Assembly (NCBI GenBank): GCA_018674095.1
Contig: JABHAX010000055.1
Location: 1 to 39,413, forward strand
DNA length: 39,413 nt
Direction: 5' to 3'
Source of the DNA: Fidelibacterota bacterium
GTDB taxonomy: Bacteria > Fidelibacterota > Marinisomatia > Marinisomatales > UBA1611
The position numbers were made by a program, and so were the translations under genes. This document shows, one piece after another, positions 8,717 to 19,637 of this stretch (position 1 is the stretch's first letter; each line of letters opens with the position of its first letter). The notes beneath the pieces were generated by a model, which saw nothing but the letters and a program-made list of their open reading frames with translations, was not told where the DNA came from and ran no database searches.

Positions 8717-11700
8717 ATGTATATATCTGAATTAAAAATGCATGGCTTCAAATCTTTTGCCAATAAAGAAGTCATGAAACTTGGCCAGGGCATTACCACA
8801 GTTGTGGGGCCAAATGGGTGCGGGAAAACCAATATTGTCGATGCCATTCGATGGGTCTTGGGCGAACAAAAATATAAAGTTCTTCGTAGTGGAAAAATGG
8901 AAGATGTCATTTTTAACGGTGCCGAGGGAATAAAACCACTGAGTGTTTGCGAAGTTTCCATGACAGTTCATAATAATGCTGGAAAACTTCCTATAGAATA
9001 TAACGATATTGAAATTGCTCGCCGAGTTTATCGGAGCGGTGAATCAGAATATTATTTGAATAAAACCCAATGTCGCCTGAAAGATATTATGGATCTTTTT
9101 GTAGATACAGGAATGGGTGCCGATGCATATTCAGTCATTGAATTAAAAATGATTGAACAAATTTTATCTGATACAGGTGAGGACCGGCGGAAAATGTTTG
9201 AAGAAGCTGCAGGGATTCATAAATATCGTACTCAAAGAAAATCAACCATACGGAAATTCGAAGCAACGCATACAGATTTAGAACGGATCAAGGATATTAT
9301 TGCTGAAGTTGAACAAAAGGTGACAAATCTTGGACTTCAGCTTAAACGGTTTAAACGTCATGCTACTTTAACAGAAACTCTTGAAACGAGAGACCTTGAA
9401 TTGGCTTTTTTACAAGTTCATCATTATCAATCAGTCGCTGCACCTCTTCAAGCGCGTATTAACGAATTTCGTCATTTACGAGAATCCAATTCATCAGAAA
9501 CATCCATTCATGAAAAAGAATTGATTCAACATAAAGAAACCTACAAATCGCAAGAATCGGATTTCTCTACTTTACAATCCACAATGGCTGAATTAAATAA
9601 GACAAGAGAAGAATTCCGCAATAAAATTCTAGTTTGGACTGAACAAGGTAGAGGATCTTTACTTACCGTAGATAGACTGGAAAGAGAACAGGGAACCAAT
9701 TCACAAAAGATAGATGGTTTAAAACAACTTAGATTGAATTTTGATAAAGAAATGTCTGATCTTGAACCTGAAATTGAAAACAATTTATCGAGCTATAAAG
9801 CTGAAAAAGAAGCCTTTGATAAAATTGAATTAGATTACCAAAAAACAGTCCGAAATTTGGATGATATTCAAAATGAACGTTGGGAAATTCAACGGAAAAT
9901 AGCTGATGATCGATCTTTGTTTGATAGAACCCATGCGTTATTAGAAGATAAAGAATTATATTTCCAAAAATTAAATGAAAGGCATCAGGATTTTGTGTTG
10001 GATAAATCATCTATATCCAGTGATCAAAAGAAATTGGATATTGATAAGAAAAAAGCGCATAAAAATTTGTCTAATGCAAAAAGTGATTTAATAAAGGCAG
10101 AATCTCACCTAAAATCTTTAAAACAGGAACGAGATTTACTTTCAGAAGAAAGACATATTGTTTCAGCCCAAACTAAATCTCTGACTGGCCAAAAAGCATT
10201 CTATAATGAGTTAGTCGAATCGAAAGAAGGATTTCCCGAAGGGACTCGATTTGTATTAGAAAATCCAAAAGAATTTCCTGGCGTATTGGGAACTGTAGCT
10301 GATATGTTTCAGATCCAAGATAAATATCGGGATGCATTAGAATCCGGGTTAGGTGACCTGTCTCATTGTTTAATTACGACGGACAAGAAAATTGCTTTAT
10401 CAACCTTAGAAAAAGCACAGGAAAAACGAGCTGGGGATTTAACTTTAATTCCATTGAAAGAAGCTAAATCTTTAAAAACTATTCTTCAAAAATTGCCAAA
10501 AAACTCCAGAGTTATTGGTCGAGCTTCTGATCTTTTAAAAACGAGCAAAGATCTTCAACCATTAGCAGACTATTTACTTGGGAATTTACTCATCGTTGAT
10601 GATTTGAAATTGGCTCTTCAATCCAAAGATTTGGATGGTTGGGGATTGGTTGATATGTCGGGTGCTTATTCTGGTAGAGATTTAATCCTGAAAAATAGAC
10701 AAGTATCCGAACATGGGAATTTGATTGGACGACAATCAAAACTTGATACGATTTCTACAGAACTTTCGGACCTTCTAGAAAAAGAAATAAATCTAAACCA
10801 GACATTCCAAACCTTGGAAAAACGTATCGCATCAAACCAAATTAATTTAAAAGAAAAACTGCGTGAAGTTGCAAATTTAAATCAAGACTTTTCTTCTTTA
10901 GAAACAGAAGAAATTCGACATCAATTTAAACTCAATCAGTTGGTTGAATCGATTAATAGTACCAACATTGAATTGGCTGAGACTAAAATTGTTTTAAATA
11001 AATCCAAAACTGCTCTGAAATCTTTACAACCTGAATTAGATAAATCAAAAAAGATATTGGATTCGATCCATGCCAAAGTGGGTTTAGCAAATAATCAAAT
11101 GATTGAATCGCGAAAAACTCGAGATGAATACCAAAAGAAAGCTCAAGATATCCGTATAAAATTGATCGAACTTGAAACGCGGAGAGATCAAGTCAAATTC
11201 AAAAAGTCATCAGGGGAAGAAACTCGCTCAGAATTAAAAAATCGACAAGAAAAGATTGTTCGAGAAATTGAATCACTACAATCTCAAAAAACTGAACTTG
11301 ACGGTCAAATATCCATGGGCGAAAAAGAATTAAAAACTCTGAATGCAGAAATCCAAAAACAACGTTCAATTTTAGATTTAAAACAGAGTGTTTACAGAGA
11401 AACTTATCAGACTATAGAAGAAATTCAGGCACGGATTGCAGCAGAGCAACGTAATCGAGAACAACTATTAGAAGACCTGAAAAATGCTGAATTAGAAGCG
11501 ACAGAAACAATCCAACGAATTAGACTAATTGAAGAACGGATCGATGATCGATATCATAAAAAAGTGCCGAAAGAATTGATTGTAGATTTCACACAAGAAC
11601 AACTTGAAATCGAAATATCTAAAATTCAAAAAAGTCTTGAAAATATTGGACCCGTAAATATGGCGGTTCAGGATGAACATGACGAAGAATTTGAACGATT

Positions 11701-12238
11701 GGAAACATTGTCCCATCAAAGAGATGATTTGATAAAAGCTGAAGAAAACCTTAGGGAAACGATCCGGAAAATTGATAAAGTTGCTCGCAAAAGGTTTCAA
11801 GAAACATTTGATCTTGTAAAACGGAATTTTGAAAAATTATTTCAATTATTTTTTGAAGGAGGAACCGCATCATTAAAATTGATCGGTGATCCGGATCCGT
11901 TGGAAGCAGATATTGGGATTGAAGCTCAACCCCCAGGGAAACGGAATACATCCCTGCGACTATTATCCAGTGGTGAAAAAGCCCTTACTGCTATTTCTCT
12001 TCTTTTTGCAATCTACCAAGTAAAGCCGAGTCCATACTGTATTTTGGATGAGGTAGATGCACCTTTAGATGATGTGAATATTCATAAATTCACACGAGTT
12101 CTTTCTAAATTTTGTGACGAAACTCAATTCATTATTGTAACCCATAATAAACTTACCATGGAAATCGCTGATTACATGTATGGCGTAACTCAAGAAAAGA
12201 AAGGTATCTCTCAATTAGTTTCTGTGAAGTTTGATTAA
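8717..12238 (+). CDS. smc: chromosome segregation protein SMC
   Basis: 1173 aa. N-terminus MYISELKMHGFKSF, Walker A GPNGCGKTN, long coiled coils, hinge region (GVLGTVADMF), signature LSSGEKALTA and Walker B ILDEVDAPLDD. Confidence 0.95.
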   Translation: MYISELKMHGFKSFANKEVMKLGQGITTVVGPNGCGKTNIVDAIRWVLGEQKYKVLRSGKMEDVIFNGAEGIKPLSVCEVSMTVHNNAGKLPIEYNDIEIARRVYRSGESEYYLNKTQCRLKDIMDLFVDTGMGADAYSVIELKMIEQILSDTGEDRRKMFEEAAGIHKYRTQRKSTIRKFEATHTDLERIKDIIAEVEQKVTNLGLQLKRFKRHATLTETLETRDLELAFLQVHHYQSVAAPLQARINEFRHLRESNSSETSIHEKELIQHKETYKSQESDFSTLQSTMAELNKTREEFRNKILVWTEQGRGSLLTVDRLEREQGTNSQKIDGLKQLRLNFDKEMSDLEPEIENNLSSYKAEKEAFDKIELDYQKTVRNLDDIQNERWEIQRKIADDRSLFDRTHALLEDKELYFQKLNERHQDFVLDKSSISSDQKKLDIDKKKAHKNLSNAKSDLIKAESHLKSLKQERDLLSEERHIVSAQTKSLTGQKAFYNELVESKEGFPEGTRFVLENPKEFPGVLGTVADMFQIQDKYRDALESGLGDLSHCLITTDKKIALSTLEKAQEKRAGDLTLIPLKEAKSLKTILQKLPKNSRVIGRASDLLKTSKDLQPLADYLLGNLLIVDDLKLALQSKDLDGWGLVDMSGAYSGRDLILKNRQVSEHGNLIGRQSKLDTISTELSDLLEKEINLNQTFQTLEKRIASNQINLKEKLREVANLNQDFSSLETEEIRHQFKLNQLVESINSTNIELAETKIVLNKSKTALKSLQPELDKSKKILDSIHAKVGLANNQMIESRKTRDEYQKKAQDIRIKLIELETRRDQVKFKKSSGEETRSELKNRQEKIVREIESLQSQKTELDGQISMGEKELKTLNAEIQKQRSILDLKQSVYRETYQTIEEIQARIAAEQRNREQLLEDLKNAELEATETIQRIRLIEERIDDRYHKKVPKELIVDFTQEQLEIEISKIQKSLENIGPVNMAVQDEHDEEFERLETLSHQRDDLIKAEENLRETIRKIDKVARKRFQETFDLVKRNFEKLFQLFFEGGTASLKLIGDPDPLEADIGIEAQPPGKRNTSLRLLSSGEKALTAISLLFAIYQVKPSPYCILDEVDAPLDDVNIHKFTRVLSKFCDETQFIIVTHNKLTMEIADYMYGVTQEKKGISQLVSVKFD

Positions 12239-12536
12239 AGTATAGACCCCAGAGACGCAAAGTTTAATTTATTAAATAGGAAAATCGTGGAATAATTTTG
12301 AAGAATGATGAAATTATAAAAATCATTTTCCAAAAACTCACCCCGAAATCCTATCTGTTTTCGTGATTTTTAATCTTCGGAAGGTGAGATAAAAGTTGAC
12401 GTTTTAATTAGAGAATAAAAATAAACAATCGCGAATAAATTGGCTAAGAATTGTTCTATTAAAATAATCTAATTCCATTTCTACGTATTAAAAAGAATTC
12501 CAATTATGTAGCCCTTTTTTGTATTCTTGTGCTATT

Positions 12537-12560
12537 ATGAGTACTAAATTAAGTACTCAT
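12537..12560. promoter_or_regulatory. palindromic candidate operator of the toxin-antitoxin operon, overlapping an extended -10
   Basis: ATGAGTACT-aaatta-AGTACTCAT has perfect 9-bp inverted arms. It lies immediately 3' of TGcTATTAT (12530-12538) and 5' of the AAGGAG Shine-Dalgarno (12561-12566) and the antitoxin ATG (12573). Confidence 0.5.
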
Positions 12561-12572
12561 AAGGAGTTCGAT

Positions 12573-12842
12573 ATGAAAACAATATCTACACAAGAAATAA
12601 AACGTAGGGGAATCTCTGCCGTGGATGATGATTTGAAAAAGGGTCCTGTTCATGTTATAAAGAATAATAAACTCAAATACGTCATTATGGATGAAGAAAA
12701 GTACACAGAAATGATTTCGGAGAGGGAATCATCCTACGATGCTCGTTTATCACGGGCTTTGGAAGAATTAGAAAAGGGGAAAGTACAAGAGCATAAATCT
12801 ATTGACGATTTAATGAACGCCATTGAATCAGAGACTGAATAA
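12573..12842 (+). CDS. type II antitoxin, Phd/YefM-like
   Basis: An 89-aa acidic protein (MKTISTQEIKRRGISAVDDDLKKGPVHVIKNNKLKYVIMDEEKYTEM...). Strong AAGGAG Shine-Dalgarno 6 nt upstream of the ATG at 12573. Its stop abuts the toxin start. The track start at 12519 lies inside the promoter/operator. Confidence 0.7.
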   Translation: MKTISTQEIKRRGISAVDDDLKKGPVHVIKNNKLKYVIMDEEKYTEMISERESSYDARLSRALEELEKGKVQEHKSIDDLMNAIESETE

Positions 12843-13118
12843 TTGTATTCTATTCAATCACCTCCATCATTTCGTAGAGTTGCTAAAAAGTTCTTTAATT
12901 CTCACCCTGACTTAAAAAGTAGATTTAAATCCATCATTGAAATATTAAGACTAAATCCAAAACACCCATCACTTAAGCTTCATGCATTGACCGGGAAATA
13001 TAAAAGTCTTCATGCCATTAGCCTTACCTACAAATTTAGGATTACTTTTATAATCAAATTTGATAATCGCGCCATTATTTTCATTGATATTGGCAGTCAT
13101 GATCATGTCTATAGGTAA
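12843..13118 (+). CDS. type II toxin, RelE/ParE superfamily mRNA interferase
   Basis: 91 aa. FRRVAKKF...NPKHPSLKLHALTGKYKSLHAISLTYKFRITFIIK...IIFIDIGSHDHVYR matches the RelE/StbE/YafQ-like pattern. TTG start directly follows the antitoxin TAA. Confidence 0.8.
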   Translation: MYSIQSPPSFRRVAKKFFNSHPDLKSRFKSIIEILRLNPKHPSLKLHALTGKYKSLHAISLTYKFRITFIIKFDNRAIIFIDIGSHDHVYR

Positions 13119-13169
13119 GAACACTTTCTCCATTTTATCCTATCCAAAACTCTCTAAATTCTCCGCCTT

Positions 13170-14228
13170 ATGATTAATGATATATTTGAGATTTTAAAAA
13201 CGCTAACATATTTAGAGATTTGGCTATTGCCGGTCTTGATTGTAATTACAGGTGTTATTTTAGGATTTGTCTTTAAACAGGTGATTCATTCTCGTTTAAA
13301 AAAGGCAGCGGCCAAATCCACATGGGAAGGGGATGATGTCATTTTGGATTCCGTTGAATCTCAAATCATACTCTGGTTTTTTTGGGCTTCACTATCACTT
13401 GCGCTCAAAGGGATAGTCATTGCTGAACCATTTGGTTTGTATGTTTCCAGATTTCTTATTATCATTTTAATCGCTTCTATTACCCATGCTGGAGCAAAAC
13501 TCGTAGTCGGGTTACTTGACATTTGGTCAAAAAAACAGGGAGGTGGATTTCCGTCCACAAGTATGTTTACCAATTTTGTTTGGATTACGGTCTATTTAAT
13601 TGGTCTTTTAATAATTCTGGATTCCCTAGATATATCCATTGCACCCATGCTTACCGCTTTAGGTATTGGTGGGTTGGCTGTTTCATTGGCATTGAAGGAT
13701 ACCCTTTCTGATGTATTTGCAGGCCTTCATATTTTATTAAGCAAAAAAGTTCAGCCCGGTGATTTTGTAAGTCTAGATTCGGGTGAAATGGGATATATCC
13801 AAAATATTACTTGGCGAAATACTAAAATGTTGGAACGAACCAATAATATTATTCATATTCCCAATAATAAATTGTCTTCAGCCATAATCAAGAATTATAA
13901 TAGTGGTGATCCAAGTTTTTCCGTAAGGATTCCTGTGGGTGTGGGATACGATTCTGATTTAGAGCAGGTAGAACGTGTGGTTTTAGATGTGGCGAATGAG
14001 CTTTTTAACTCCATGCCTGAAATGAATAAAAATTCTAAACCGGCATTCAAATTTAGAGGATTTGGTGATTCGAGCATTGATTTTATTGTTTATTTTCGCG
14101 GGAATAAATACGGCGACCAAAACCCTATTATTCATGCATTTGTGAAAAAGATGCATAAACGGTTCAATGAAGAAGGCATTGAAATTCCATTCCCTATGCG
14201 GACGGTTATTCAGCGAACAGAAAGCTAG
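13170..14228 (+). CDS. small-conductance mechanosensitive channel (MscS family)
   Basis: Several N-terminal TM helices, pore helix GLAVSLALKDTLSDVFAGLHILLSKKVQPGDFV, and a beta/alpha-beta C-terminal domain. Confidence 0.9.
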   Translation: MINDIFEILKTLTYLEIWLLPVLIVITGVILGFVFKQVIHSRLKKAAAKSTWEGDDVILDSVESQIILWFFWASLSLALKGIVIAEPFGLYVSRFLIIILIASITHAGAKLVVGLLDIWSKKQGGGFPSTSMFTNFVWITVYLIGLLIILDSLDISIAPMLTALGIGGLAVSLALKDTLSDVFAGLHILLSKKVQPGDFVSLDSGEMGYIQNITWRNTKMLERTNNIIHIPNNKLSSAIIKNYNSGDPSFSVRIPVGVGYDSDLEQVERVVLDVANELFNSMPEMNKNSKPAFKFRGFGDSSIDFIVYFRGNKYGDQNPIIHAFVKKMHKRFNEEGIEIPFPMRTVIQRTES

Positions 14229-14594
14229 ATGAAAGCTTGGTTAATTGTTGGGGCGTCTCTGGCAGGACTTGCTGTATTATTAGGCGCATTTGGCGCTCAC
14301 GCGCTTAAATCCAAAGTATCCCCGGAGGATCTTCTCATTTTTGAAACGGGCGTTCGATACCACATGTATCATGCATTGGGTCTCTTATTTATTGGCATCG
14401 TTGGGTTTCAAGTATCTCAAGATCTCATTCAAATTCCAGCTTATTTATTCACCGCTGGCATCCTTATTTTTTCAGGAAGTTTATATCTGCTTGTATTAAC
14501 GAATACAAGATGGCTCGGTGCCATCACACCTATAGGTGGACTTTGTTTTATTGCTGGTTGGTTCCTGTTGGCTTTTAATTTTTACAGATCCTAA
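14229..14594 (+). CDS. DUF423 (YgdD-like) membrane protein
   Basis: 121 aa with 4 TM helices. Carries LGAFGAHAL and YHMYHALGLL motifs. Starts 1 nt after the mscS stop. Confidence 0.75.
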   Translation: MKAWLIVGASLAGLAVLLGAFGAHALKSKVSPEDLLIFETGVRYHMYHALGLLFIGIVGFQVSQDLIQIPAYLFTAGILIFSGSLYLLVLTNTRWLGAITPIGGLCFIAGWFLLAFNFYRS

Positions 14595-14595
14595 T

Positions 14596-15903
14596 TTGAA
14601 TTCAAATCATTCCGGTCGTCATATATCTTTTTTGACCGCAGCTTCATTTGTTGTGGCTTCCATGATTGGCACCGGCGTTTTTACCAGTCTCGGCTATCAA
14701 TTAGTAGAAATTCAATCTGTATTTCCATTAATGATGTTGTGGATTGTGGGTGGTATTGTTGCATTATGCGGCGCATTAGTCTATAGTGAATTAGGAGCCG
14801 CATTACCAAGGTCTGGTGGTGAATATCATTTATTAAGTAGAATCATTCACCCATCAATCGGTTTTGGAGCTGGCGTCGTTTCTGCGACTGTGGGATTTAC
14901 AGCGCCTGCAGTTTTGGCTGCCATGGCATTAGGAAGTTATTTATCAGCCGTTTTTCCAGGATTAAACCAAACAATCATTGCTTCGATTGTAATACTTGGC
15001 TTCCATGCACTTCATATGAAAAGTGTAAAATGGGGCACATTGTTTCAGGATGGATCAACAGCAATCAAAATTGGACTTATTTTAATATTTTTAGTTTTTG
15101 GGTTTAGCATAGACATGCCACAAGCAATATCGCTTATGCCAAAACCTGGAGATGGAGCGATCCTTTTAAGTTCAGGATTTGCAGTGAGTCTAGTTTGGGT
15201 TTCATATGCCTATACAGGATGGAATTCTGCCATTTATATTTCGGGTGAGATAATTCAACCAAAAATAAATATATCCAAAGCCATGTTAGGTAGTACCGGA
15301 TTTGTTATGATTCTTTATGTTTTATTAAATTATGTTTTTCTTTATACAGTGCCCATGGCAGATATGGCTGGGCAAGTTGAAGTGGGGTATATATCCGGCA
15401 TAAAAATATTTGGAGAAATTGGGGCAAAAATAATCGGAATTGGTATTTCTATTTTACTTTTATCCACCGTAAGCAGTTATGTATTTATTGGTCCAAGAAT
15501 AATGCAAATCATGGGAGAAGACCATTCATTTATTGGATTTTTTAAAAAGAAAAATTCCAATGAGATTCCAATAAATGCTTTTTGCATTCAATTAGGAATA
15601 GCGTTTATTTTTATTTTAACATCATCGTTTGAACAAGTACTTATGTATGCTGGGATATCTATGATTATTACCACAACCTTAACAGTGATTTCCCTTTTTA
15701 TTTTGAGAATAAAAGAACCCAATCTCGACAGACCCTATATAGTTTGGGGATATCCGTTCACGCCCTTGATTTTTTTAATTGTAAATATTTGGACATTATT
15801 TTATTCTTTCAAAGAATCCACATATGAATCATTAGTGGGGATTGGGATAATTAGTTCAAGTATTGGTTTATATTACTTAGCTCCTTTATTTAAGAGAAAA
15901 TGA
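14596..15903 (+). CDS. APC-superfamily amino acid permease (MmuP-like by context)
   Basis: About 12 TM helices, with SMIGTGVF, PRSGGEYHLL and AYTGWNS motifs. The track start (GTG 14536) would overlap DUF423 by 59 nt. The TTG at 14596, 1 nt after the DUF423 stop, gives a normal-length N-terminus. The start remains uncertain. Confidence 0.8.
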   Translation: MNSNHSGRHISFLTAASFVVASMIGTGVFTSLGYQLVEIQSVFPLMMLWIVGGIVALCGALVYSELGAALPRSGGEYHLLSRIIHPSIGFGAGVVSATVGFTAPAVLAAMALGSYLSAVFPGLNQTIIASIVILGFHALHMKSVKWGTLFQDGSTAIKIGLILIFLVFGFSIDMPQAISLMPKPGDGAILLSSGFAVSLVWVSYAYTGWNSAIYISGEIIQPKINISKAMLGSTGFVMILYVLLNYVFLYTVPMADMAGQVEVGYISGIKIFGEIGAKIIGIGISILLLSTVSSYVFIGPRIMQIMGEDHSFIGFFKKKNSNEIPINAFCIQLGIAFIFILTSSFEQVLMYAGISMIITTTLTVISLFILRIKEPNLDRPYIVWGYPFTPLIFLIVNIWTLFYSFKESTYESLVGIGIISSSIGLYYLAPLFKRK

Positions 15904-16775
15904 CAGTTAAACCCATTATTCTTGATGGTGCAATGGGGACTGAATTAATCCAACGGGGTGTGGAATGTCCCTTACCACTTTGGTCTGCAGATGCAAATTT
16001 AACTCACCCAGAAATTGTAAAAAAAATCCACATTAATTATATAAATGCAGGTGCTTCAGTCATTACAACGAATACGTTTCGAACAACATCATGGACTTAT
16101 CAAAAAATTGGGCTTTCGAATAAAAAAGCTAAATTGAAAGCAAAAAATAGTTTATACAAAGCGGTTGAAGTTGCCCATCAAGCTAAACAGGATTCAGTCC
16201 GAATTGCCGGATCTATTACGGCTATTGATGATTGTTACTTACCGGGAAATTATCCGGGTAATTCTGTGGCTGAAGAAATATATGGTAACAGTTTAGAATG
16301 GTTGGACGATGCCGGAGTTAATTTGATTTTGTTTGAGACGATGGGGAACATTAATGAAATTTCAATTGCATTAAAATTAAGTCAACATATTCAATTGCCC
16401 ATTTGGTTAAGCCTTATTATGAAAGATCAATACCATATTTTAGACGGTACTTCATTGAAAAAAGTCATTTCGATAATTCCAGAAAAAGATGTGAATTGTT
16501 TATTGGTCAATTGCAATAAAATGGATATCAATTTGGATATTATTGGAGAACTTGGGAGAGAGTGGAATTGCGCATGGGGTTCGTACCCAAATTTGGGAAA
16601 AAGCGATTATGAAAATGATTACTTTGATAGGATTGATGAATCTAACTTCTCTACCGGAATTTCGTCCATTTTACAAAAAAACCCCGATGTGATTGGAGTT
16701 TGTTGTGGATCGACTCCAAACCATATAAAACAAATTAAATCATTCATTGAAAAGATTGATTACTCTAAAGATTAA
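15900..16775 (+). CDS. mmuM: homocysteine S-methyltransferase
   Basis: ILDGAMGTEL, ITTNTFR, ILFETM, LVNC and GVCCGSTPNHI (Zn-binding cysteines). Overlaps the permease gene by 4 nt (ATGA). Confidence 0.85.
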   Translation: MTVKPIILDGAMGTELIQRGVECPLPLWSADANLTHPEIVKKIHINYINAGASVITTNTFRTTSWTYQKIGLSNKKAKLKAKNSLYKAVEVAHQAKQDSVRIAGSITAIDDCYLPGNYPGNSVAEEIYGNSLEWLDDAGVNLILFETMGNINEISIALKLSQHIQLPIWLSLIMKDQYHILDGTSLKKVISIIPEKDVNCLLVNCNKMDINLDIIGELGREWNCAWGSYPNLGKSDYENDYFDRIDESNFSTGISSILQKNPDVIGVCCGSTPNHIKQIKSFIEKIDYSKD

Positions 16776-16832
16776 AAATAGATCATAAATCCATAATCGA
16801 TCATTCATTCATAAAACCAAAAATATATAAAA

Positions 16833-17270
16833 ATGAAACTTAAAATCAAACCCTTTAACGACTCAATCAAATCACTTTATATCAATCACGGTCATTTTCA
16901 TGATGGCGATGCAGGAATTGACTTATTTGTAATAAAAGACCAAACCATAGAATCAGGAGAGACTGCTGTAATTCATTTAGGAATCGCTTGTGAAAATGTT
17001 GATTTAAAACCATATCTTTTAATGCCAAGGTCAAGTATCGCCAAAACACCTTTACGCCTTTGTAATTCTGTTGGTCTCATTGATGCTGGATATCGCGGTG
17101 AAATCATGGCCGCAGTAGATCATATCAAAGATGTAGCCTATTCTGTGAAAAAAGGGCAGCGATTATTTCAACTTGTCGCCATGGATGGAAGTCCGATTCA
17201 ATTTAAATTAGTGGCCGAATTGACAGAAACTACACGAGGTGAAGGTGGATTCGGTTCTACAGGGAAATAA
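16833..17270 (+). CDS. dut: dUTP diphosphatase (trimeric dUTPase)
   Basis: Five dUTPase motifs: GDAGIDLF, PRSSIAKTPLRL, GLIDAGYRGEI, QRLFQLV and RGEGGFGSTG. Confidence 0.9.
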   Translation: MKLKIKPFNDSIKSLYINHGHFHDGDAGIDLFVIKDQTIESGETAVIHLGIACENVDLKPYLLMPRSSIAKTPLRLCNSVGLIDAGYRGEIMAAVDHIKDVAYSVKKGQRLFQLVAMDGSPIQFKLVAELTETTRGEGGFGSTGK

Positions 17271-17477
17271 TGAAAAACTTTGCCATATTGACATTATAAT
17301 ATAACAATACCTTACAAAATGAGATATAAATGAAAACGGTACATTCTTTGTATAAAGTCTGACAGTTTAGGACAGTGTCTTAAATCTTGAAATGATAATA
17401 AATTGTGCGGTACTCTTGCCGCCGCTTTTAGAATCAAATTTTAAATAAAGAACATCAACACATAAAGGAGTTGAATT

Positions 17478-19422
<1,945 letters not shown>

Positions 19423-19448
19423 CCCTATCAGATCTAATCTGATTTATT

Positions 19449-19483
19449 AAAAAAGCCTCGTATTAATACGAGGCTTTTTTTTT
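19449..19483 (+). terminator. rho-independent terminator after groEL
   Basis: GCCTCGTAT-ta-ATACGAGGC perfect 9-bp stem followed by nine T residues. An A-run sits upstream, so it could act in both directions. Confidence 0.85.
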
Positions 19484-19637
19484 ACAGGTTAATTTGATTC
19501 ATAATTTATACCTGAAATCTGTGGTTGGATGGACCTAAACAAGGTTGAGAATAAGGGTACAACAGAAGGAATTAGAGAATGGATTAATCAAAAATGAAGT
19601 TGGTACTCTTTCATCTAGTGCCGTAATTTTTTTGCTT

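Noticed and set aside
12519-12572. The longer antitoxin ORF starting at 12519 (MYSCAIMSTKLSTHKEFD...).
   Set aside because: The extension would be translated through the promoter and palindrome and has no Shine-Dalgarno. The ATG at 12573 has a strong AAGGAG at ideal spacing and gives a typical antitoxin length.
17386-17413. CTTGAA upstream of groES could be the -35 of a sigma-32-type heat-shock promoter.
   Set aside because: No CCCCAT-like -10 element occurs at the required 13-17 nt spacing; the sequence there is TGCGGTAC.
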